Assembly: GCA_020137815.1 (NCBI GenBank)
Contig: CM035360.1
Coordinates: 372,001-436,000, forward strand
Direction of reading: 5' to 3'
Source of the DNA: Hormiphora californensis
Lineage: Eukaryota > Animalia > Ctenophora
DNA: 64,000 nt
The notes under the pieces were generated by a model. It did not search any database. It saw only the letters and a program-made list of their open reading frames with translations, and had not been told where the DNA came from. The stretch's first letter is position 1. Each line of letters begins with the position of its first letter. The position numbers were made by a program, and so were the translations under genes. This document shows positions 12,839 through 48,857 of the stretch, one piece after another.

Positions 12839-15253
12839 TCAATGGTTGCTCCCACCTCCTCTCCACGGGACCAGAAGCAGATGTTGAAAAGTAAAAGCAG
12901 TACAAACATCACAAAAACCAGCAGCCCACGAGCCACTCCAACCCGGAAAATTAGCCTGCCTGCAGCAGCCAAACGGAACGCACAGGTATTATAGCCTGGG
13001 TATGATTCAACCATCAATATCATGTATATACTGAGAGTATATTATAGTTTAGAAGTTCTAACCGGCATCTCAAACGGGTGCTTACCTGGTACAGATGTTG
13101 TAACAGAATAATTTATTCCAATTAATTAAACTGATCTGTGTTAGTTGCACAGTGATTCTCTAAATGGCATTTTCAGATTGTGAGATCCAAACGTCTGAGT
13201 CAAACGGTACGCAGTGTGATACGAGAGTCTATCTCTCTATCTATCTAGAGAGAGTGTGTGTGAGAGTTTTCCGTGTGGTTTTCCCCAGCTTTGTGTGCTT
13301 TGATTTTAATCCTCATCTTTATTTCTTTATTATCTTATAATTCATTAATGAATGGGGGGTGTCTACATTTCTTTATTTCTCTTGTTCATTAATGAACGGG
13401 GGAGGGTAATCAAATTTTTTTTCCTTTTCATAATGAAGGGGGGTCTCAGAATATACTAGTGGGGGGGGGGTGGTTTGAAGGGATTGTGCCCTTTTAGAGC
13501 ATAATCGAACACATAGTTTCCTTTACCAACGGGGAGGGGGGTAGTATTTTTAAAAAGAAGGTTTTGGGAAAGGGAAAAGTAGTTTTTGAAAAAAAGCGGG
13601 TGGAAAAAATTTTTGCCCTTTTAGTAATAAAGAAACAGATGTTAAAAGGGGGGAAAAATTAAAAGGGGGAGGGGGGGGGGGGGGTAAAGAATAAGTGGAA
13701 GACATGAGGGTAGATAGAAATATGAGGCTATCCTATTTCCAACATTAAATGACATGCATTAAAATCCTTAACAGCATAATATATTAGGTATATTATACCT
13801 AAACTGTTTTTGAGTGAGCATGCTGAACTCTTCCAACTCCCAATCCTTCACCAAATGTAACTCCAAATTATTGGGGGGGGGGGTGCAGCCCTAAAAAAAC
13901 CAACCATACCCTGGATTTTCAAAAGTGTTGAATTTTTTTGGTCGTTTTTGATTTTTTTTTATCTTTTTTGATTTTTTTTTTTTGATTTTTTTTTAATCTT
14001 TTTTGATTTTTTTTGATCGTTTTTGATTCTTTTTTGAACTAGCGCACCCATTGGGTGCGCCTCAAATAAGGGGTGTTCACAAACCACCCGGCTTCGCCGG
14101 GTGGCCCTCTTTTTTTCCCACATTTGAGGGTTGCCAGGCAACTAATGGTAAATGGAGATGAATTGTTTAAATTATGTTCCGAAATAAATAACTGCGAGGT
14201 TTAAAATCGCCCCCAAAAAGAAACCGGTTTTTACGTACTTCGTTCCCCGGCTTGGGGGTTTTCCATAAAAATTTCCCAAACACTCCCAAATTTTAATGGG
14301 TGTGGAAACATGTCAAAAGACAGTGAGCACGATGATGAGAAAGTGCATGACGGGGGGACTAATGGGGTTTTAACTAATGGGGTTTGAGTGATCTGATAGC
14401 AGAAGTTGAGGAATGAGAAATAAAAGGGTGTCCCTATAGCACAGAAGTTTATGAGGGGACACCTGACCAAAATGACGTGTCTGGAACGCGCGGGTAGGAA
14501 GTTAAATTAAATTTTCAATGTTTCGTGTGTGCTGGCGCGCCGCGCGATTTCCTTTTTGGGCTGCCGTTTTCGTCAGCACCAATATTTCGTCAAAAACACG
14601 CCATGGCTGTTTTAATAAAGGAGCAGACTGTCGCCTTAGATACCGCCTAACGAACGGCCACCACTTCGACGTTCATCTCCAAATTATAATAGAGATTTTT
14701 TTTGATCGTTTTTGATTTTATTTGATCTTTTTTGAATTTTTTTGATCGTTTTTGATTTTTTTGAATTTTTTTGATCGTTTTTGATTTTATTTGATCGTTT
14801 TTGATTTTTTTTTGAATTTTTTTGTATTGTTCAACATTAAAAAATCAAAAACGATCAAAAAAAATTCAAAAACGATCAAAAAAATTCAAAAAAAATCAAA
14901 AACGATCAAAAAAAATCAAAAAAAATCAAAAAAATAAAAAACGACCAAAAAAATCAAAAACGACCAAAAAAATCAAAGAAATTTCAACCAAAAAAAACAA
15001 AAAAAAACCAACCATACCCTGGGTTTCGGAAAAAGTTTGAATTTTTTTGGGGCTGCACCCCCCCCCCCCATTATTCACCAAATTATTCACCAAATGTCCC
15101 TCTCAGGGTCCCCGTAAGAACGATGCGATGCAGAGTAACACAATGAAACAGGCTGCTGCGAGGGCGGCGGCTAAAAAATCAGCAGCCACCGCAGCTCAAC
15201 AGTCAGAGTCGAGTGATGTCATCAATGAGGTCATCAGCATTCCAACAGCATGG
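12839..15253 (+). CDS. Two 147-bp phase-0 coding exons of an unidentified basic, low-complexity protein (further exons possibly near 17086-17390)
   Basis: 12839-12985 SMVAPTSSPRDQKQ..AAAKRNAQ and 15107-15253 GPRKNDAM..ISIPTAW have canonical splice sites. Synonymous differences in neighbouring decoy copies support these frames. No family recognised. Confidence 0.6.
13873..15069. mobile_element. Non-autonomous foldback-type DNA element
   Basis: Termini (G)nTGCAGCCC..GGGCTGCA(C)n, inverted arrays of TTTTGATCGTTTTTGA, flanked by ATTATT on both sides. Confidence 0.65.
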
Positions 15254-15919
15254 GTAAGTAACTGTGTAGTGTAGTATCGATAGGTAGTGGGAGAGTGTCA
15301 ACATACCGACAGCATGGGTTGGTTACGAAGTCACCCCTTTTATTGCATAACAGAGGGGTAATTTCATTACCGACAGCATGGGTAAGTACTAAGTGTATAA
15401 GTGTAGACTGTATGCATGTACTATGTATTGGGTAAGTACAGTGTGTGACAGTCCAGCAGGTAGTTTGTAACTGTGGGAAAGTGGCAAGTCACTGTGACAG
15501 GAAAGAGACAAAAACACTGACAGAAAAAAGGGTCACTTTGATGTTCATTTTGTGTTGTGGGTTTGTTTGTTGTTACACTGCCCAATAACTTTCTCGTCTA
15601 CTGCATCATGTCTGTTTGTTATGACTTGTGACACATCCCGGCATACACAAAGTCACAGGAGGAGGGGGAGGGTTTGTGAGGGAGATTATAATAGGGAGGT
15701 CCCGGGAGAGAAACATGTGTGAGGGAGAGATAGAGGGGGAGAGAGAATGTGAGAAAGGGGGAGGGAGAGAGAGAATGTGATACAGAGAGAGGGAGAGAGA
15801 ATGAACGAGCCGATGCATGTATTCCGTGGCTTCTCCTTCTCTCACGTGATCGTACCCAACATTCCAAGTGGATACACACAGAAACCCTCAATATCTTTAA
15901 TATGTGTTCTCCTCTCTTC

Positions 15920-15959
15920 ACTTCCTTCCTCTCTCTCTCTCCTCTTCTTCTCTCTCGCT

Positions 15960-15994
<35 letters not shown>

Positions 15995-16126
15995 CTCTCT
16001 CCTCTCCCTCGTCTTTACTACCTCTCTTCCTCCCCTCCTGTCCTCTCCCCCTCCGCCTCTTTTCTTCTCTCTCTCTCTCTTCTCTTCCCTCCTCTCTCTC
16101 TGCCTCTCTCTCCTTCTCTCATCTCT

Positions 16127-16160
<34 letters not shown>

Positions 16161-16219
16161 TCTCTCTCTTCCTCCTCTCTCTCTCAAATTCTCTCTTCTT
16201 CTCTCTCCTCTCTACTCTA

Positions 16220-16257
<38 letters not shown>

Positions 16258-16266
16258 CTCTCTCCA

Positions 16267-16320
<54 letters not shown>

Positions 16321-16352
16321 CCTCTCTCTCTACCATACTCTCTCTCCTCTCG

Positions 16353-16429
<77 letters not shown>

Positions 16430-16430
16430 G
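15920..16430. repeat. (CT)n microsatellite; others at 5010, 8958, 10070, 12240, 37815, 42980, 52430, 56065, 57220, 63710
   Basis: Direct inspection. Confidence 0.9.
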
Positions 16431-18354
16431 CCACCCGTGACACATGCATCCTGGCATCAAATCGAATCCAGTAGCAACATCCCCGTGGCCCCCTTTGCAC
16501 CAACGTACACACGATCATGGCGAGAAAGAGCCCCCCATCTATTTATCTCAAATCACATCACGGCCACTTCATCCCGGACAATTTGGTTTACAAATAATAG
16601 CGATACACCTAGCAACTACCGAGTCAACACAGAATGAGATTTACACCATTCACCTACCAGCAAGGAAACTTACTGTACTGACTATTGAGTTGTCACTTGT
16701 CTTGATCCGCCCTGACCGCCCTGTGACAACTCGCAACTGCTGAAGTCTTGTGTCGTCTGGATCAGCACTGTGACATACAACTGCAGTGTAGTATGAGAGA
16801 GTGTGTAATGTCTGAATCAGGATGTTGGTTTTGGATCAACATGTAGTAGTGTATGCACTATGTAGTGTGTGTTAGATTGCACACAATATGTGAATATTGT
16901 TGAATTACACATGGTAACTACTAGTAACGCCCCCCCCCCCCCCCATCCTATAGAAGGACGGACAAGCAGCAAGGAAGGTGGCTAGTACTGACACCCTTGG
17001 TTCTGATGCTGCTCTCGATCAGGAATCAAATGACTCACTTTACGGTTAGTTACATCTCAGTTACTTGCTGCTTGCTTTATTCCAGAATCCAGATGTTCCT
17101 GGGTCAGCGTTTCAGAGAAATGTCAGGCAGTGTGATAAGAAGTATAATTTGGAGCGCGCGATACTGCGCGGTTATTGAAAGTACAGCGTTCAGCACTGGG
17201 GAACTGGTCGCGCGAAGAAATCTGCTTTCAAAGCAGTTGCAAAAATGGAAGTTTTTGATTTTACAATTTACTTTCTGAGTTCCCTATTCTGATGACTACT
17301 GTTAACCACCTTATTTGTTGCAGGTGATGATTCTGGAAAGCTATCAGGGGAAGGGTGGGAGCTTCACTCCAACATCTCGGACCAATAACAGCGTCATCAG
17401 AGTTCTTATTTTATACACGGAACGGCGAAAAAAATTCACAAAAACTTTTTAACGTTAATTGTTTTACGCTTGATATGATGAAAATAACATGAAAAAAGAC
17501 TGGAGATATGCCCTGTCATGTTTTAGTTTCACTGCATTTGGACAGCAGGGAATGGCTACCGTTAGTTTACGTCTGAATTCTGATCACGTTTGGGTGAAGA
17601 GAATTTTTCGCACCTCTCTCTCCCACTCCTTACAACATTCGTGTACTTTGTTATTGGGACATTCATTCCTCCCGGCCATATTTCCTTGGCATGGGATTTT
17701 GCTGGGACAAGATACGATCAGAGTTGCTGTGGCCGAGTAAATAATCTAGAAACTGTTCTGACTGTCTGAGACAGTGTCTCTGCAAGACGTTTTTCATTTA
17801 TATAAAAACAGGACTACTATAGAATAGAAAAAAAGGTCAAAGAGAACTGTTGCAGTATTGAAATGCGATTCATCTGACAAGAGACAGTTTGTGTTTGAGT
17901 TTTTAAGCCGGGAGAGTGGAGACTAAGTGCAAAGTGTGAGTGACTGACTGAAAAAGAACATTTTAGTGACCCAGTCTCATGCAGGGTCCCAGAGAACTGA
18001 AAATAGTATTATTATTTGGATTGGAGGTGAAACGTTTGACTGTGACATGGGACGTATTGGGAGTGAAATTAAGTGTATGTTTTTTGTATAGAACCCTTGA
18101 TCTAATTTTGTATAATAAAACTATTATGTTTCCGAAAACCCCCAAAACTCTTTGACATGTGTGTGTCTTACTAAATATTTGAACTGTTATAGATAACAGT
18201 TAGTGCAACATGTTACTGTTGTACCGAGCTTGTGTGACTCAAAGTGTAACACACTGTGTGATCAGCACCGAGCTCTTTATTGCCATGCTACTGCTAGTAG
18301 CAGCATGGCATCTGTCGTTCGAGCTCACACCGGGCTTGACATGTTCCTTGTCTG

Positions 18355-18530
18355 TCAGCCCTCACACCGGGCCGAAGGCCCGGTGACCGGTGTAAGCCTA
18401 CGCGAGCCCGAAGGGCGAGGCGCTTAAGGGGCCGAATGCACACTGGACAGACTGTGTAGTATGGCAACACCGGGCCTTCTCTGTCAGGCCAATGCTCTGA
18501 CAGGACACCGGTCACCGGGCCTTCTAGTAG
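18355..18530. repeat. Small structured interspersed repeat
   Basis: 20-bp inverted repeat GAAGGCCCGGTGACCGGTGT / ACACCGGTCACCGGGCCTTC with GAA mini-hairpins; GTCAGGCCAATGCTCTGACAG is also seen at 687-707. Confidence 0.5.
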
Positions 18531-19015
18531 AAGTTCTACTTTTACCTGGATCTTGGTCATGTCTCCAGTCTGTCGGCTGTGCACAGCTGTGTGTCGGCTG
18601 TGTACAGCTGTGTGATTGCCATACTAAACAGTCTGTCGATTCGGTCCGGTGTGAGAGTCGCGGAGAGAACCCTCTCTGGGCTCGTGGAGCTCAGAGTGAG
18701 AGCCTAAACACAGGGCTTAGGAAACATGTCGACGGATTATGGAACAAGCGGCAAATAATAGAAAGCAGTGCGAACACGAATGCGCGCGGCGCGCGCAATA
18801 ACGCGCTTACTACGAAAACTCTTGAATCGTGTTTTCTTGAGTCGGCTTTTCAAAAAATCCTGAATCGTGTTTTCAAAAACTTTGAATTTTGAAGCTCTTA
18901 CGTGACTTTAGATGTTTGGCGACCGGCCATATTCAGGTGATCTGAATTACATATCATGCCTTTCTCTTCTGAATGATCTAATAAAGTTGATAAATATCCA
19001 ATTACTTACAGCAGA

Positions 19016-20479
19016 ATGAAAGATTTCGCCAAAATCGGTAGCAAGATCATTTGCATCGGCCGAAACTACGCCAAACACGCTGCTGAACTTGGCAATCAGA
19101 TCCCCTCCGAGCCATTCTACTTCATCAAACCAAGTACTTGCTTCCTCGAGGATGGTGGGGATATCATTTTCCACGAGATCTCCAATAACCTCCACCACGA
19201 GTTGGAATTAGGAGTTGTTATCGGCAAGAAAATGTCAAAAGTTCCCAAGAGTGAGGTGATGAACTATGTAGCTGGATACTCAGTTACAATCGATGTCACG
19301 TGTCGAGATCTTCAGGAGAAGTGTAAGGAGGAACGAAAGCCATGGTCCGTCTCCAAGTGCCTTGACACCCACTGTGCAGTGGGGGAGTTTATTCCTGTGG
19401 AGAAGCTCCAATACGATAACATTGAGATGTTGCTAACAGTGAATGGAGAGGAGAAGCAGCATGTGAACACGAAGGAGATGCTGTTTGATGTACCTACACT
19501 GTTGGAATATGTTAACCGATACATAACTCTTCTCCCCGGTACGTGAAAAAGAAATCAAGCTTATCTGTACATGAATTTTGTCCTGTAGAATGTGAAAAAA
19601 GAATTAAATTTTAACAGTTGTTCTTGATTAGTTCTCTCTCTCACACACTTCTCACTCTCGTTCTTTAATTAACACTCTTCCTGCTTTGAACTGCTTCCAA
19701 TTTGTCTGTAGTGAGAGTTTCCACAGTCAACAACAGTAAGAGTAACACACTGTCCGTAACACTGCTCGTACAGCAATAGTAACACACTGTCCGTAACACA
19801 GCTCGTACTTATACTGTCAAACCTTGATGTACCTGACTTCGATGTACCGGACCATGATTTATTGGACGGATAGATTTCCCCTAAATTAGGATATTAATGA
19901 TATTTCACCTGTAAATATCACACACTTCGTAGACCGTACAATAACCATTCTCCTGAGAGGTCCAATAAATCGAGCTGTACGAGAGTAACTTACCTCTATT
20001 AGAACACAAGAATATATCCTATAGCATATTTTAGATTTAGGACCTAGTTTCTTCCAATTTAGCTTGCTTTACCGAAGCCACCAATTATTTAATCTTTGGA
20101 AACTGCGGTTCTGGAAGAACGCAGTACTGTAAACAACACGTGAAACAACAATTAAAACATTTAATTAACCATTTTAATTTATCTGATTTCTCTATCCCTT
20201 TGGTATCTTGAAAATATTTTAAAAGTTATGTTTCTCTCTGGTATTTCTCTCCCTATCTCAATCAATGTGTCAATGTGTACATGACACTCATTGCCCTACT
20301 GCAGATTTAATGGTTACTTCCCTCTCTATTCACTCAATCTAGTATTTTCTTTAACCCCTGTGTTTTCAGGTGATTTAGTCCAGACAGGAACACCTGAGGG
20401 AGTGGGCCCTATGAACAAGGGAGATGTCGTCAAAGTGTCCATTCCTGGAGTATCAGAGGCTTCCTTCAACATCGTCTAG
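19016..20479 (+). CDS. FAHD1: Fumarylacetoacetate hydrolase domain protein 1 (acylpyruvase/oxaloacetate decarboxylase)
   Basis: Exons 19016-19538 and 20370-20479; KIICIGRNYAKHAAELGN, LHHELELGVVIG, LLPGDLVQTGTPEGVG. Confidence 0.93.
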
Positions 20480-20955
20480 ACACCCCTTCCTGGGTGTTGC
20501 ATTGGGTGCTAAGTGAGGTATCACGGGTTACTCTACCTGTACCCATGATCGACTATCCCTGGTTACAGCCCTACCCGACGTTTGTTCCTAATTTATACAT
20601 GTTATATATTATCGGCACTGTGTGTTATAATATTATCTCTAGTTGATTGTTTTTAATTACCGGGTTCACTTTTTATGTTTGTGTTGATTGTTTTAGATCA
20701 TGATTTTGAAAAAATGACGTTTCTTTTGACATCCAGTCCATACAAATCTCCTCCTTTTCTTTTCTTTGACCGTATAAATCCTTTATCCCCGCCGATCCCT
20801 CTTTCTCCATCTTTCATCAACAATACTCTCCTGTTTTCCCTTCAAAATCCTTTATGATATTCTCCTCCCTCCATCAACAACATCTATTGACTAATGACAT
20901 CACATCCTTTGTAGTATTGAGATCAACATCACATCCTTTGTAGAGAGAGAGAGCA

Positions 20956-41384
<20,429 letters not shown>

Positions 41385-41868
41385 AGTTGTCATGGTTACG
41401 TCATGTTGTCATGGATGTTGTCATGGATACATGTGAAGTGATCTGACTAACAATGTTAGCTACTTAGTTACCCATACCCGGGCGGTATGCGGTTTGTATG
41501 GTATGGGCTTGGGTATATATCCGACATGATAGCTACTTATTGGACCATTGTTTTTAGCTATTGCTTGGAAAATGAAGAGTGTTAGAGAACAAGGTTTTAT
41601 TTGTTAGGAAAATACCCGCGAGTTTCGTTGCCAAGGAACGCAATAAATTATTATCAATAAATCTCTCAACCTCAATATTTTTACTTTATTTATTACTATA
41701 CTTTTTAGTATCAGTTAAGTTATCATTTTAGATTGACTAATAACTCGATGTATTTCTTTATACCTACTGGGCATTATCTAAACAAGTCCTTAAAATCACT
41801 GACATATATATTCCCTCCAATAATAGCATGTCCTAAAATGTGATAATCTGATTGGAATATTAATTGAT

Positions 41869-44379
<2,511 letters not shown>

Positions 44380-44707
44380 CTGCAGTGTAACATTTCCATG
44401 CATTTCTTTTTACCTCAATTTATTAATTGACCCACCCATATCTTGTTATGTTCCCCCCCCTGTAACCCTCTTTTGAAATATGCAAAACACCCGTGCTTGG
44501 ATCATAGAAGTCGGAGCGAGGTCACCCCTCAAACCCTCCTGTTACAAAACACCCTCTCTGCCATCGTTGGGCACGGTGAGAGGGGGTCGAGCAACGCAAT
44601 CAAGATCTCTATCTATTTGACCCACCCATTTCTCAATTTTTTTGATCCACCCAGATCTCTATTTAGTTGTCCTACTTGTACCAGGTACCTCTATGTAATT
44701 AACCCAC

Positions 44708-44816
44708 CAGGAACCGACCGAACCAAGTAAACAGCCAATCAGAACTCGTTATATAGGTCACGTGACTGGTTATCAGCCAATCAGGGACCAGTATTTCCTG
44801 ATTCGGTCGGTTCCTG
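44708..44816. mobile_element. 109-bp hAT-like MITE, complete copy
   Basis: TIR CAGGAACCGACCGAA..TTCGGTCGGTTCCTG with exact 8-bp TSD TAACCCAC (44700-44707, 44817-44824). Confidence 0.9.
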
Positions 44817-44846
44817 TAACCCACATATAGTTCTAGTATGACGTGA

Positions 44847-47800
44847 ATGGACCCCGAATTATTACACACGGGGGAGGTAGAGAAATGGTCCCGTACCGCT
44901 CGGGGTATGGCCTGGAGGTTGTTCCATGTCAGTGTTACCACCCGGGAGATACGGTGGCGTGTCACTACTGAGGTATGTTTTGTCTTTCGACTTTCGAGTT
45001 AGATTAAGTGATATTTATATCCCTTCACATTTGACATTGCTACTGCTGCAGTAAGATAAAATTGTAACACCCTCCCACCGTCTGTCTCGATATGATTCAT
45101 CCCTAATTATCCTGATATGATCCGTTCCCAATGTTCCTGATATTATTCATCCCTCCTAACCACGATATCTCGTTCCCCAGGCGAGTCAAGAGAATGTCTA
45201 CCTAGGAAGTATTTCTGTGCCAAGGATCGTCAACGTAAGTGTAGGGCGCGGTAACTGACGCGCGCTTAAAAAACCCCATGTTTTGAGTTGTCAGCAGTCC
45301 ACGCCGCGCATAGATTTGGAATAGTGTTCATTTAATTTCCTGCTTCTATCCCTCCAACATTCACACCCACATCTCCCTCCCTCTCTCTAGGCCAAGGTGG
45401 ACCCTAATTCGCCCCGGGGGGACGGGGGAGGGCACACTGTGTTCGTGGTCCAGGAACCAGAAGAGAATCATGAGTTCCGAACTGTCACACTGGAACAGGC
45501 ACAACATTGGGTACAACATATCAAGAATGCGACGGTAAATAGCACATAATTAGTGTGATTATTACATGCTCCTCTAATTCCTGAGATGTGTTTGTGACAC
45601 TATACCTGATTCCCCCAGTTACCCAAAACAAGGAGAAAGTGGCCAGCCCAGTCCACAGCTGCAGATAATAATACCACCTCAACCACTGTTACCGTTTCTA
45701 CATCTCTACCTCTTCACAGGACACACTCTAATGGGTAATATGATTGTTTAATACAACAATTAGTAGTAAGCGATAAATGTAGGATGGAAGCTGTTACTGA
45801 TGCTAACACCTAACCCCCTCGCCCACTAGGAACTACTGATGCTAACTCTCTCCTAACCCCCCCTCTCCCCAATTAGGAGCTCACACAGTAGCCTGGTTGG
45901 GCTGGACAGCAACAGAAACAACCCAATGGTGACAGAGGTACAAGGTCACAACGTTGTTCAACGTCCCATCTCAGAATCTGATGGCCAGATCAGCAAATCA
46001 GCTTGTGATGTAAGTTACAACACATGTTTCGTACACAATGTAATACATGTTTAGTAGTATAACACATGTACTGTGGAAATATGGGTGTTCCGATATTATA
46101 ATATGTGTTTTTGGAGCACTATCTAGAGCTGTGTAATTATCTTGGCCCTTTATCCTTGTCTCCTCGCCTCTTTAGCTCCTAGTTAACCTTTCTCTACCTT
46201 CTTTCTCTCCCCATCCTCTCCGTGTCCCCTTGTCACTATTAGTTAACGGTACGACAACCCCTGGGTCCGATGGTAAGTATCCGGCGCCTCCAAGATTCAA
46301 TGCGGATTCGAAAACGAAACTCATTAACCCTGCCCCTATCCGATATAATGGGCCGTGTAAGTGAAGGAGCATGTTTGTTGTGTTATATCTGTGTTCGTGT
46401 GAATATTGTGAAGCGGTACGTGTGATTTGGGTGTGTGATTGTGTGATTTAGTACATCTGTTCGTGTGCCACAATTGTTGTGTGACAGTGAAGCGGTGTGT
46501 GATTTAGTGTATGGGAGACTAAGTGTGTGATTGTGTGATTGTGTGATTGTGTGTGTGATTGTGTGCCACAATTATTGTGTGACAGTGAAGCAGTGTGTGA
46601 TTTAGTGTATGTGTGATGGGAGACGGGAGTGTGTGATTGTGTGTGATTGTGTGTGTGATTGCGTGTGATTGTGTGATTGTGTGTGATTGTGTGATTGTGT
46701 GTGACTAAGTGTGTGATTGTGTGTGTGACTATGTGTGTGATTGTGTGATTGTGTGTGTGTGTGTGATTGTGTGTGTGATTGTGTGATTGTGTGATTGTGT
46801 GTGACTAAGTGTGTGTGACTAAGTGATTGTGTGATTGTGTGTGACTAAGTGTGTGTGACTAAGTGATTGTGTGTGTGACGTGCTGTTTCGAACTTCTCTT
46901 TAGCTGGAGCTGCACACGGTATTTCAGTTACCGTTAAATTTAGAGCTTTCCCTGTTCCGCGGGCTCGCTATATTTCACACTCGGGAGATTTGCTTTTCCG
47001 CTAACTTTACGAGTGTTCCCTACTCAGCAGGAACCGACCGAAACAAGTAAACAACCAATCAGAGCTCGCTATTTAGGTCACGTGACTGGTTATCAGCCAA
47101 TCAGGGACCAGTATTTCCTAATTCGGTCGGTTCCTGCAATTAACCCTCCCTTTAGTATAATATCATAATGTTACCTCTCTCAGATCACCACACCAGGCCG
47201 GGGCTCGGTCAGCTCAGATACAGACGCCTCAGAGCGGAACGATGATGCTCCCACTGTGAGAGAAGGGTACTTGATAAAACAAGGTAAGTCATTGGGCTGA
47301 CTAATTTCTTTCAAATGATAACTATGGTAGCACAGATTGGTTGGCTGGTAGGAGACTAGGGGGTGTTAGATAGTATTTGACATGTTCTATTTCAGGTAAC
47401 TTGGTTAAGAATTGGAGGCGACGATGGTTCACATTATCCAGGTCTTTTCTCATCTACCGAGACGAGGAGGGTACCCCCACTAAAGGTATAACTCTCTTTA
47501 TAATATAGATAGTAACTGAAACGCTCTCACTCTCACAGTCTCACAGATGTATGTATCACTAAAGGTATAAACTGAAACTCTCTGTGAAATTCTCTCACTC
47601 TAGCTCTCTCACAGATGTACATTGTTTGATGTTGAGTGATATCGAGTGATTGAACTAAATGAACAGTGACCAATATACCTTACCCCTCTCTCTCCCACTA
47701 TCTCTCAGGGACCTTACCTCCTCCCTCTCTCCCCACACAGGACATCATTACCTCCTCCCCACACTGGGACCTTACCTCCTCCCTCTCCCCCCACACAGGG

Positions 47801-48100
47801 ACATCATTACCTCTCTCCCAATATCTCTCAGGGACCTTACCTCCTCCCTCTCTCTCCCCACATCATTACCTCTCTCCCCCCACAGGACAAATTCGAATGG
47901 GTGACGTCAAGTTAACACGAAAGTCTGACAAATACCCTGAGAAGAGGTTCATGTTTGAAGTTATAACCACCAAAAGAGTCTTCTACATGCAGGCTAGTAG
48001 TCAGGAGGAGATGGATGGCTGGACAGATGCCATATCACACATTCTAATCAGCCCTAACTGTACCACAACCCCTGATAATAGTTCACTGGGGTCCTCCTGA
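44847..48100 (+). CDS. Tandem PH-domain protein (pleckstrin/TAPP-like architecture)
   Basis: N-terminal PH (LHTGEVEKW..QAQHWVQHI), S/T-rich linker, C-terminal PH (VREGYLIKQGNLVKNWRRRWF..FYMQASSQEEMDGWTDAI) across about 9 GT-AG exons. Confidence 0.85.
46430..46880. repeat. GTGTGATT-type simple repeat
   Basis: Direct inspection. Confidence 0.85.
47028..47136. mobile_element. Same MITE family, in PH-gene intron
   Basis: Both TIRs present; TSD not evident. Confidence 0.88.
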
Positions 48101-48479
48101 TCACAATTCATTGGACAGATTTGCTGCAAGTTGTTACAAAGTGTTTTGGAGGGTTAGAACTGAATTATACCAAAGATGGAGTATTATAAGATGACCAAAT
48201 TGGTCTGACATTCAATGGCTTACTGCTCAAGGAGAGAGAGATAGAAAATAAATTGAGCAGCAGATTCATTATTCCTTAAGTTAAATTTCTTGCATGACAT
48301 TCTCTTTCACTTTCAGAGAATAATGTCAATTTGATTTTTATCTCTAATACAATTATGTAGTTCATTTATATTTAGCCCTTGTCAATGACTGAGTTTTTAA
48401 AAAATCCGTTGTTTCATTTTGATTTTTTTAGTCAAAATCTCCCCAGGAAGCAATAAATGACTTTTGCTGTTATTTACTG

Positions 48480-48700
48480 AATTCATGTGCGCGTTAAATT
48501 AATGCGCGTTCCTTTCGCGCGGCTTCGTCGATGTCTAAAAAAATTAAATAAAACTCACTCGCGCTCTGCACTTTTTATTTTTCGAGGCAAAATTTTCATT
48601 TTTGTGCTCTTTTTTGGAGATTTGCGTAGTTGATCGTGGGGTGTGTGTCTTATGACTAATCGTGGGCCGTCCGCCGCGCCGTATCTATACTATTAACTTG
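48480..48700 (+). promoter_or_regulatory. Candidate CGCG-rich promoter upstream of TRMT44
   Basis: CpG-dense; GCGCGTTAAATTAA (48489-48502) recurs exactly at 59724-59737; related cluster at 18780-18810 upstream of FAHD1. Confidence 0.45.
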
Positions 48701-48857
48701 GTGCTCGACTCCTGACTGCCAGGACCATCGCAGTACGCACTTTTGACGAAATCCAGAACTCATTATTTGGTGCCCAAAATAAGGATAGTTTCAAATTTGG
48801 TTCTCATCGATTGACGATTTGAACTACTATACTTATAATTGTTTGTTAGCTAGTAAA

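Noticed and set aside
15749-16637. Long SL/ER-repeat ORFs (also at 12031, 42895, 52299, 57206, 63704)
   Set aside because: Translations of (CT)n/(AG)n microsatellites.
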